From Desulfovirgula sp. (GTDB lineage: Bacteria; Bacillota; Desulfotomaculia; Desulfotomaculales; Nap2-2B), in the NCBI GenBank assembly GCA_020725585.1, contig DYES01000069.1, forward strand, positions 1,750 to 65,749: DNA of 64,000 bases, written 5' to 3'. The notes beneath the pieces are model-generated. The model saw only the letters and a program-made list of their open reading frames with translations, was not told the DNA's origin and ran no database searches. The position numbers were made by a program, and so were the translations under genes. How positions within the stretch are numbered: the first letter of the stretch is position 1; each line of letters opens with the position of its first letter. This document shows, piece by piece, positions 26,085 through 33,367 of this stretch.

Positions 26085-27392
26085 CTATACGTCCTGCTCT
26101 TGATAAAGGCCGAAATCAAACCCTTCTTTACCCTTGTACCGGTCGTAGAGGTAATGCCGGTACTTTACGTACTCTTCCATTTTGCACTCTATATCTTCAT
26201 CCCGCAAAGCCTTGATAAAATCGTCCAGCTTTGGCGGGCAACCTTTTACCTCAATCGCCTTTTTAATGTTGGGGTTGCCTTTATTTGCCTGGCAGGCGCA
26301 TTTCCCGAAAAGTACCGTTTTTTCAAAACCAGGCGAAGCGGTTTGGATTTTTCCGCTCAAAACCTCTACTCCCGGAAAAGGCTCGCCCGTAAAAGCCGAC
26401 ATCAGCAGAATAATCATCGGAGTAAATGATACCGAACAACCGGTGCACAAAGTATTGTCGTACTTCCTGATGGCAAGGCCGGTTATGCCTCTTTTTTTAA
26501 AACCTTCCGGGCCCGTATTTTCCGGGGTCCACTCAAAGTCGTAAGCAACAAACTGGCGGTGTTTTTCAACATCCTCGCCCAGCACCTCAATGTCGGCCAA
26601 GTCGTAGCTGCGTCCGTGGAGATCGGCGTAGAATTTAAGATGGGGGACGTCTTTGACGTGGTAACCCATGATTTCTGCACCTACTGCGTCGCAGGCGTAA
26701 GGGTCTTTTGAGGCGATGAGCAAATCCTTACGGTATGCCTTGCCTGTATAGCTGGGGCCTCTTTCCAGGACAAAAACGCCGTCGATGATGGTGAGCGCGA
26801 GGGGAAGCTTGTCCGCAACACGGGGGAACGTCTGCGCAAGATCGGCTTCCGTTTTGCCGTGGCAAAACATTTTCGACTTCCTGTCCAGGCACCCTTTGAG
26901 ATTTTTAAACCCCAGGGACACCTTGGTCTGGTTGTGGGTTTTCAAAACCGGCAAGTTGATTATTTTATCTGCTTCGAGAGCTTTTTTTGCCACCGCGAGC
27001 TTAAAACCGCCAACGTCCACTGGTTCGAACCTGTCTTCGTTAAAGTCGACCAGCTCAACGCCGTACTTTTTCTGAAGCTTCTCGTACCCCAAAATTTTGA
27101 ACATATGCCTCCCCATAGTCCGGGGAATCATCAGGGGAGCTTCCCCGATTTTTATTTTGTTATAACCTCCCTCGGCCAGAATTTTAACGAGGGCATAGAC
27201 AACCGCGCTGGTTACCACAAGGCCAAAAGGCGGCACGGGAAGCTCAAAGTCCCAGCCAACGAGATTAGGCTTGATCAATATCTGGTCGCTTTCCCGAAAC
27301 CCCTTTAAGCCGTCGCATAAGTCCAGAGCCTCCTTTAAAGCCATTTCGTACGGAGCCCTGAAACGGACCACCGACACAACGGCCTTTTCCAA
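26085..27392 (-). CDS. DUF362 domain-containing protein with Cys-rich C-terminal extension
   Basis: 435 aa. TTG start after GAAAGGAGAG. ILIKPNLV and LPVLKTHNQTKVSLGFKNLKGC are DUF362-like. The C-terminal region carries CTGCS and GKCACQ...KGCP. Confidence 0.7.
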   Translation of the reverse strand: MEKAVVSVVRFRAPYEMALKEALDLCDGLKGFRESDQILIKPNLVGWDFELPVPPFGLVVTSAVVYALVKILAEGGYNKIKIGEAPLMIPRTMGRHMFKILGYEKLQKKYGVELVDFNEDRFEPVDVGGFKLAVAKKALEADKIINLPVLKTHNQTKVSLGFKNLKGCLDRKSKMFCHGKTEADLAQTFPRVADKLPLALTIIDGVFVLERGPSYTGKAYRKDLLIASKDPYACDAVGAEIMGYHVKDVPHLKFYADLHGRSYDLADIEVLGEDVEKHRQFVAYDFEWTPENTGPEGFKKRGITGLAIRKYDNTLCTGCSVSFTPMIILLMSAFTGEPFPGVEVLSGKIQTASPGFEKTVLFGKCACQANKGNPNIKKAIEVKGCPPKLDDFIKALRDEDIECKMEEYVKYRHYLYDRYKGKEGFDFGLYQEQDV

Positions 27393-27496
27393 AAGAATCT
27401 CTCCTTTCTCAAGAAATTACGACACCTTTCAAACACTGGTGAAAAAGCAACTATAAAATATGATATTAAACTTAGGTTTTATTATGTTATTGATAT

Positions 27497-27515
27497 ACTA
27501 TAAGAGTTTTATAGT
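27497..27515. promoter_or_regulatory. 19-bp palindrome ACTATAA-gagtt-TTATAGT (candidate TetR operator) upstream of the DUF362 operon
   Basis: Perfect 7-bp arms. A related ACTATAAAA lies at 27450-27458, and AGTTTTATACT lies over the -10 of the adjacent TetR promoter at 28194-28204. Confidence 0.4.
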
Positions 27516-27582
27516 TTACTAAAAAATTAAAAAACAAGAGATATAAAACTGAAGCAAACACCAGCTAATTCACGAAACCACT

Positions 27583-28164
27583 TCAAACCTGATTCTTGGC
27601 GTCTTTATTCTCTATGGCCTTTATCACAAAGTTAACCCATTCCCTGCCCAACTCCGCCTCCTTGGGAGTTTGTGCGTATGTAAAACTTCGAAATAACAGA
27701 AAAATACAATGGGCAGCAACCCTTTCTTCAAGTTCGCCGTCAAAAACCCCTGCATCAACCCCTTCTATCAAAATGTCCCGAAAAATCTTTTCTATGCTAT
27801 CTTCGATCAAAGCAATTTCACCTTTTAAAAACGGGGCGTACATACCGAGTTCATCGCTCAATACCTTCCCTAAGAAGGGGTTTTCAGCAAAATATTCTTC
27901 TGATAGCTTCACCATAACCCGAATTTTTTCAGCAGGATCCTTTATGTTTTTAATCTTCCTCATCAACGTCGCCCGAAAAGACTTGGCTTCCGTCATAACT
28001 AGCTCGGCCAGGATCTTTTCCTTGCTTTCAAATAATTCGTAGAGGGTTCGTTTTGAAATGCCAACCTCCTCAGCTATTTCATCCACCGTTGTTTTTCGAA
28101 AACCGAAGCGCGCAAACCTGTTTTTTGCACAATCAAGTATCCTCATCTTTTTATCTAAATTCAT
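27583..28164 (-). CDS. TetR/AcrR family transcriptional regulator
   Basis: 193 aa. The HTH region is TTVDEIAEEVGISKRTLYELFESKEKIL. Confidence 0.9.
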   Translation of the reverse strand: MNLDKKMRILDCAKNRFARFGFRKTTVDEIAEEVGISKRTLYELFESKEKILAELVMTEAKSFRATLMRKIKNIKDPAEKIRVMVKLSEEYFAENPFLGKVLSDELGMYAPFLKGEIALIEDSIEKIFRDILIEGVDAGVFDGELEERVAAHCIFLLFRSFTYAQTPKEAELGREWVNFVIKAIENKDAKNQV

Positions 28165-28195
28165 GAAAACTTCTACCCTTTATTGTTTTTTCAGT

Positions 28196-28225
28196 TTTAT
28201 ACTATATCTACAACCCCCCTGTCAA
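28196..28225 (-). promoter_or_regulatory. sigma-70-type promoter candidate for the 27583-28164 TetR gene
   Basis: On the minus strand: TTGACA (28225-28220), an 18-nt spacer, then TATAAA (28201-28196), about 30 nt upstream of the ATG. Confidence 0.45.
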
Positions 28226-28306
28226 GTTACATGAAGGCAAATGACCCTTTCCCGGGGCAACCTGAAAAAACAGGGTGATATGCTTCTTGTCTTCCTTTTA
28301 AGCCGC

Positions 28307-29515
28307 TCACTCCCGAACTGCATCCCGCTCCGGGGCCTTAAGAGCATGGATAAATAAATTATATACGGCATCGATCTTTTCAGACAAACCATGCTTGCCC
28401 TGTTCTCCAAAAGTATTTAAAAGCAGTTGGTCGAGGGTGCCAAAATACATGTCGCGCGCCAGCCCCAGATCGAGATCGCCCCGAAACAGGCCCGCTTCTA
28501 CACCTGCCCTTAAGATATTCATTAATTCCCTGCTGTACTGCCTGATTAACTCGTATCCCTTTGATTTATAAAACTTCGGGTTGCAACGAATCTCTCCCAA
28601 CAAAACTTTGTAGTAATCGGGGTAATCATCGTAGCTTTTTACCTGGTTCCAGAGAAATAACCTGAATATATTTTCGGGGGAATGAATATTAGCCATTTTA
28701 TCTTTTAAATCAGCAAGAAATTTTTCCACCGCTCTTTCGGGTATGCTCATCAAAATATCTTCTTTGCTTTTAAAATATTCGTATACGGTAGGATCGGTTA
28801 TTCCTGCACGGACAGCAATTTGGGAAACGGTCGTCTGGTCATACCCTTTTTTGCTGAATTCCTCCAAAGCGGCCTCCAAAATCTTTTCTCTCTTCCCCAT
28901 CAACCCCCATATGGAATGCTTCTTTTCCGGCCTTTTCTTGATTGCGCTGAAAAATAACTGCTCAAGCGCTTCTCCTTTGCTCACCAGAAAAAGCGGCTTT
29001 TCAAGCATCAAAAGGGATAAAATAATGTGATTCATGGTCCCTAAGATCATTGCCTGGCAGATGTCAAGATCGAAATCGCACCGAAAAACTCCTTCTTCAA
29101 CTCCGTCACGCAAGATGTTTTTTAAAACCAGCCCGTAATTTTTAAGAGGAGCGCTTTTTTCACTCTCGTAAAATCTACGGTTGCTCCACAAGCCAAGAAT
29201 AAAAAGCCTTGCAAAATCCTGGCGGTCCTGCATAAAAGACAGATAATGCCAGATAAATTTACGGAGTTGATTTTCTGGCCCCTTTATGCCCAGCAAATGC
29301 TCCTCCAGGCTTTTAATTAGCTCTAAAAAAGTTTTTTCGGGGATATAAAAAAGGAGATCTTCTTTGCTCCGAAAATGTTCATATATGGTGGCCTCGGAAA
29401 TATTTGCCGCCTTGGCAATATCAGAAATTGTAGTATTCTGGAAACCATTAGCAGAAAACAGTTCCTCGGCTTTTTCTTTGATGATTTCTTTTTTTGCAAC
29501 CACACTTCTGTTCAT
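28307..29515 (-). CDS. fused tandem TetR-family regulator (two complete TetR modules in one 402-aa polypeptide)
   Basis: There are two HTH signatures, TTISDIAKAANISEATIYEHFRSKEDLL (N-terminal half) and TTVSQIAVRAGITDPTVYEYFKSKEDIL (from about residue 205). Each is followed by a ~150-aa helical ligand-domain-like region, with no stop codon between them. Confidence 0.85.
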   Translation of the reverse strand: MNRSVVAKKEIIKEKAEELFSANGFQNTTISDIAKAANISEATIYEHFRSKEDLLFYIPEKTFLELIKSLEEHLLGIKGPENQLRKFIWHYLSFMQDRQDFARLFILGLWSNRRFYESEKSAPLKNYGLVLKNILRDGVEEGVFRCDFDLDICQAMILGTMNHIILSLLMLEKPLFLVSKGEALEQLFFSAIKKRPEKKHSIWGLMGKREKILEAALEEFSKKGYDQTTVSQIAVRAGITDPTVYEYFKSKEDILMSIPERAVEKFLADLKDKMANIHSPENIFRLFLWNQVKSYDDYPDYYKVLLGEIRCNPKFYKSKGYELIRQYSRELMNILRAGVEAGLFRGDLDLGLARDMYFGTLDQLLLNTFGEQGKHGLSEKIDAVYNLFIHALKAPERDAVRE

Positions 29516-29599
29516 CTTGCTTCCACCGTTGGTAAAATATTTCCTACAAAGGGAGGATTAAAAATTAGAATAATTTAATTGTGACTTAGCTTAAAACTA

Positions 29600-29628
29600 T
29601 TAATAATACATAAAAAATATTTTGTCAA
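29600..29628 (-). promoter_or_regulatory. sigma-70-type promoter candidate for the tandem TetR gene
   Basis: On the minus strand: TTGACA (29628-29623), a 17-nt spacer, then TATTAA (29605-29600), about 85 nt upstream of the ATG at 29515. Confidence 0.45.
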
Positions 29629-29784
29629 GAAAAAGTTTTTTAAAGTCGATTAGAAAATAGAAAAATCCCGACCTACCGCTACCTTATGGAAATGTCGCCG
29701 GGGATGCCGGAAGCGGGAAGCAGGTGGGGCAGTCCCTTGTCGAAAGGCTGCCTGTTTTGCACTCGCGACGGTTTAAATTTCAAC

Positions 29785-31038
29785 TCAAGTCAGGATTTTC
29801 TTTGCCTTTAGCGTTTCCTGCACGCGCGCCATCACTCCTATGGCAACAGCTCCCAGCAGGGCGGAGTAGAGCAGCATGACCGTAAGGGTGTCCCAGTGCT
29901 GGACCAGGAAAGCGCCCACCAGGGGACCGGTCAGCAGCCCCACGGAGTAAGCGGTATTGGATATCCCGTAAGCAGTGCCGTAAAGGCCGTTTGCCCGAGC
30001 TTTCTTTCCGTCCGTAGGGTGCCTGGGGCGAATTTTTTCCACGGACTCCGCCAGCAAAGGCAGCACAGGGGTAGCGTAGGCCCCCACAGTAAGGCCCAGC
30101 AGGACTATAACCGCCGAGGCCAGTTTCACGTTCGGCGCTGCGAACAGCCACGGCACGGTGGCCGCCGTGCTGAGTAATCCGGCCACAATCAGGGGTTTGC
30201 GTCCCAGCCGGTCGGAAAGGACCCCAAAAAGAAGCTGGGACAGGGCAAAGGAGAGGCTAAGAGCGCCGAAGAGCAGCCCCACGCCGGCACTGCCGAGACC
30301 AAAACGTTTATGCAGTTCAACGGGTACAAGGGGCTCCAGCATGCCAAACCCGAAGCTGCCCGCGACGGTGATTAACATTCCCCAGAAAATATTCCGGTTA
30401 AACAAAAACTCCTGCCAGGACAGCTGCTGCCTCCCGGTACAGACGCTGTCTTTTGGCAGGGGGCTGAACCAGAGCAAAAGAGTCAATAAGGCACCTGCAC
30501 CCGCCGCTACCAAAAAGGGGAAGACGTAACCGGCAAACTGGTAAAGGGCACCGCCCAGCACGGGACCGACAATGGTACCGAGTCCGGAGCTGGTCATCAC
30601 TACTCCCATCTTTTGTCCCCTTAAATGCGGCGGGTACAGAACCGCTACCAGGGCCAGTCCCGCAGACCAGGTGGCCGCCGCGGCAACTCCCTGAAGCAAC
30701 CGGCTGATTACCAGAAGCAAGATCGAGTGAGAAACCATAAAAATGAAGGTGGATATGGTCAGGCCGGCCATGCCAAAAACCATGACCGGCCTGTAGCCGT
30801 ACCGGTCGCAGGCCAGCCCCGCGGGTACGCTGGCCAGCAAGAGGCCGGCGGAAAAGGCGGCAAAAACCAGCCCCAGCTGGATGGTAGAGGCACCTAAGGC
30901 AGCGGTGTAATAAGGTACAACGGGAACGATGATACCGTAAAACAGGGTATCCAGGAAAACAGCCAGGTTGATCAGCGTAAATAAATAGAGGGGGTCAGAT
31001 TTTTTCTGCGTCCAGGATCGTTCTCTCATTGCGCACAT
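29785..31038 (-). CDS. MFS transporter
   Basis: 417 aa and highly hydrophobic. MFS motif A-like loops occur in both halves (GLACDRYGYRP and LSDRLGRKPLI). The start is uncertain (ATG at 31038 or 31029), and it overlaps the end of the cupin gene. Confidence 0.85.
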   Translation of the reverse strand: MCAMRERSWTQKKSDPLYLFTLINLAVFLDTLFYGIIVPVVPYYTAALGASTIQLGLVFAAFSAGLLLASVPAGLACDRYGYRPVMVFGMAGLTISTFIFMVSHSILLLVISRLLQGVAAAATWSAGLALVAVLYPPHLRGQKMGVVMTSSGLGTIVGPVLGGALYQFAGYVFPFLVAAGAGALLTLLLWFSPLPKDSVCTGRQQLSWQEFLFNRNIFWGMLITVAGSFGFGMLEPLVPVELHKRFGLGSAGVGLLFGALSLSFALSQLLFGVLSDRLGRKPLIVAGLLSTAATVPWLFAAPNVKLASAVIVLLGLTVGAYATPVLPLLAESVEKIRPRHPTDGKKARANGLYGTAYGISNTAYSVGLLTGPLVGAFLVQHWDTLTVMLLYSALLGAVAIGVMARVQETLKAKKILT

Positions 31039-31354
31039 TGCCCGTGTTCACTGTAGATTTGGGCTCCAGCAGCAGCACGTGGGCCTCTTCTTCGGCCACG
31101 GGAAGGTGTTCAATTTTTCTTGGAATAATTACAAGCTCTCCTTCCTCCAGCCAAATATCACGATCCTGCAACTTAATCAGCAGCCTTCCCTTCACCACAA
31201 GAAACAGTTCGTCTTCTTCCTCGTGCTGGTGCCAGACAAACTCCCCTTTCAGCTTGGCCAGTTTGACGTAGGAATCGTTGAGATCGCCGACAATTTTCGG
31301 CCTCCAGTAGTCGCTAAAGAGACTAAACTTTTCAGCGAGGTTCACTTTTTCCAT
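30995..31354 (-). CDS. cupin domain protein
   Basis: 119 aa. WHQHEEEDELFLVVKG...GELVIIPRKIEHLP is a cupin_2 metal-site pattern (HxH...E...H). Confidence 0.8.
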   Translation of the reverse strand: MEKVNLAEKFSLFSDYWRPKIVGDLNDSYVKLAKLKGEFVWHQHEEEDELFLVVKGRLLIKLQDRDIWLEEGELVIIPRKIEHLPVAEEEAHVLLLEPKSTVNTGNVRNERTILDAEKI

Positions 31355-31370
31355 TTCGCTCCCCCTTCCG

Positions 31371-31640
31371 TTAAAAGTTTCTGTCGCCCCCCAGGATGCC
31401 GCCCAGGATGCCGCCGCTCACGCCGGCTATTTCTTTTTGCTCGCCCCTTTGCGGAGAGCGGGCGGCCGCCATAACCCGGTCGGCCAGGCGGGAAAAAGGC
31501 AGGCTTTGCAGATAGACCAGCCCCGGCCCCGTCAAGCGGGCAAGAAAAATCCCTCCTCCGCCGAAAAGAGCGTTTTTAAAACCTCCGACGAACTGGATGT
31601 CATACCTGCGGCGAAAAAAATCGGCCACCCTTTTCGCCAT
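31371..31640 (-). pseudogene. C-terminal remnant of an AIM24/TIGR00266-family protein
   Basis: The 89-aa ORF contains YDIQFVGGFKNALFGGGGIFLARLTGPGLVYLQSLPFSRLA, which matches only the last third of AIM24-family proteins. No N-terminal part is detectable upstream in any frame. Confidence 0.5.
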
Positions 31641-31848
31641 TTTTTTTCCTGGGGAAACTTTTTCTACGGGCTCAAAGAGGGGGAACGGGCATGCACCATT
31701 ACCATAAGCTTCAGGAATTGCTCAACGCACACCCGGTGGGGGCTCCGCAGGCGGAAGAATAGCTTTGCCCACACAGGAATCCGCCGGAAAGAAAAACACT
31801 CGGGAGGAATTAATTTCCCATAGGTCTTTTAAGGCACCTGAACTGGTT

Positions 31849-32592
31849 TTAAGCCTTTTTGCTCAACTGCTTTCTTTTGGCCTCCAGAACCTCATCTCTG
31901 ATTTTAAAGGTTTTGTTATCCGCGACACCAAAAAGCACCCACTGAAAACCGAACTTCAATAATTCAAGGTCGCTGGTTTTAATCTTTTCGACCGTTTCGC
32001 GGTCCACGTCGAAAACCTTCAAAAAGCTGCTTTCCAAAAGAAAACGCTTAAACTTATCGAGGTTATAGCAGGCCATAAAATACATTTCCTGGATGTTCCG
32101 GTTCTGAATCTTTTGTCCGGACGACTTCAGGTGCGCCCCAATTTTTCCGAATAACATTTCCACCTCGTTGTACGCGGTAATCCCTTGATCGTCCAGCCAC
32201 TCTCCCACTTTCCACTCCCTGTTTTCAGCCAGACCAAAACAATGCGTATGGTCGGTAACCAGGCTGTAACTGCCGTCTTCCTCCTGATTAAGCGGGTACA
32301 TCCGGCAGGACCAGGGCCGGTCGGCATAGATTTGACACCCTTTTTCCGTTACAAAAGGGCACCTGCCCGTCTGCCGGTCCATTTTAAGCAGGACAACGGG
32401 CAGCCCCGTGTTCGCGGCCAGGACAACCACGGTATATTTTTGCAAAAATTCCTCCGACGATATTTGCAGGTTATTTTTCATCCGCAAAACGTCGTACGGA
32501 GTTAGATATATGTTGATCTCCCGGCAACAGCGGGTAAAACAGGAAAGATCCTGGCGGCAGTCAAACTTAAATTTGCTATTCACGGTAAACAT
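31849..32592 (-). CDS. YkgJ-family Cys-cluster protein (putative Zn/Fe-chelating CxxCxxCC domain)
   Basis: 247 aa. It carries an N-terminal C-x(7)-C-x(3)-CC pattern (FDCRQDLSCFTRCC), then GRCPF and KGCQIY...PWSCRMYP. Confidence 0.72.
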   Translation of the reverse strand: MFTVNSKFKFDCRQDLSCFTRCCREINIYLTPYDVLRMKNNLQISSEEFLQKYTVVVLAANTGLPVVLLKMDRQTGRCPFVTEKGCQIYADRPWSCRMYPLNQEEDGSYSLVTDHTHCFGLAENREWKVGEWLDDQGITAYNEVEMLFGKIGAHLKSSGQKIQNRNIQEMYFMACYNLDKFKRFLLESSFLKVFDVDRETVEKIKTSDLELLKFGFQWVLFGVADNKTFKIRDEVLEAKRKQLSKKA

Positions 32593-32753
32593 TATTTAAA
32601 AACATCCTTCCTAAAATTTTATTCGTCTAACTTAACAGTCACCTTATTATAAACTTTTTCGAAATAAATAGCAACAACCAGGCAAAATGTAATGAAAGCT
32701 ACAAGAAATGGGAATACTGGCCATATATCCTATTGTAAAAAGGGGAGATTGCC

Positions 32754-33062
32754 GTGGAATCCTGCCTGTTTTTAAGCACCGCAATTATATTCTGCATAAG
32801 CACGTTAATTATCCTGTTTGGGTACGAAACAAAATCCGTTCGCGCGCAGCAGGAGCTGCTCCGTACCCTGATAAATATCCAGCAAAGGAAAAGGGGAGGA
32901 GAAGGAGGAGAAGGAGGAGAAGGAGGAGAAAAATTGCCAGAAGTTGGTTCTCACGTAACAATTAATTTCATTACTATTGTGCTGGACGAAAACCCCGATC
33001 GTAAAATAACCCATTCTCATCGCTTTTCTTTCGAGAATGGGCCCGAGGACCTGTTGCTTTAG
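32754..33062 (+). CDS. hypothetical membrane-anchored protein with (GGE)4 repeat
   Basis: 102-aa ORF and the only plausible plus-strand gene in the window. GTG start after GGGGAG. It has an N-terminal TM helix (CLFLSTAIIFCISTLIILFGY), a coiled segment, the GGE repeat encoded by the 9-bp tandem repeat, and then a beta-rich tail. Confidence 0.45.
   Translation: MESCLFLSTAIIFCISTLIILFGYETKSVRAQQELLRTLINIQQRKRGGEGGEGGEGGEKLPEVGSHVTINFITIVLDENPDRKITHSHRFSFENGPEDLLL
32895..32930. repeat. perfect tandem repeat (GGAGGAGAA) x4
   Basis: Exact 9-bp units at 32895, 32904, 32913 and 32922. They are in frame within the plus-strand ORF, and each unit contains a GGAGG Shine-Dalgarno core. Confidence 0.95.
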
Positions 33063-33295
33063 CGCGGCGGGTCGAGCTGCCCCTGCACCTGATCCAGAAG
33101 CATGCCCAGGCGGTTGTTTAACTGCTGCAGCTGTTGAATTTGAGGCACCTGTTCAGGCTGTGCAGTGCCGGCCAGCTGGGTACAGATCTGCCCCATTTGC
33201 CAGGCTGCTTTTTGCGCCTCCCGGATGCGCAGGGACAGCTGCTGGCGCAGCATGGCGGGGTTGTCCTTGTTCTCGAAAATACCGAGCCAGCTCAA
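33059..33295 (-). CDS. hypothetical small Gln-rich coiled-coil protein
   Basis: 78 aa. TTG start 5 nt after GGGGGGAGGA. Its stop codon overlaps the stop of the convergent plus-strand ORF (shared tTAg at 33059-33062). Confidence 0.4.
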   Translation of the reverse strand: MSWLGIFENKDNPAMLRQQLSLRIREAQKAAWQMGQICTQLAGTAQPEQVPQIQQLQQLNNRLGMLLDQVQGQLDPPR

Positions 33296-33367
33296 GTTTG
33301 TCCTCCCCCCAATTTTCCTTATAATCCTTTATAATTTAATATTTGCAATTCTAAAGGATGTTATGAC

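Noticed and set aside
29640-29784. Intrinsic terminator or small ORF (about 39 codons, plus strand) in the G+C-rich patch downstream of the MFS gene.
   Set aside because: Only short or interrupted stems (GGCAG...CTGCC, CGAC...GTCG) precede the T-run. The small ORF has no SD or recognisable similarity.
32895-32930. Possibility that the tandem repeat is a degenerate CRISPR array or a minisatellite of a mobile element.
   Set aside because: The units are only 9 bp and directly abut with no spacers. There are no cas genes, terminal inverted repeats or transposase nearby.
32708-33020. Alternative readings of the 9-bp repeat: the plus-frame ORF 32708-32965 (poly-Arg run) and the minus-strand ORF 32805-33020 (FSS repeats).
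   Set aside because: Both are frame artefacts of the GGAGGAGAA array. They lack SD sequences, and their non-repeat parts look non-protein-like. The 32754-33062 frame has an SD, a TM helix and a plausible domain structure.
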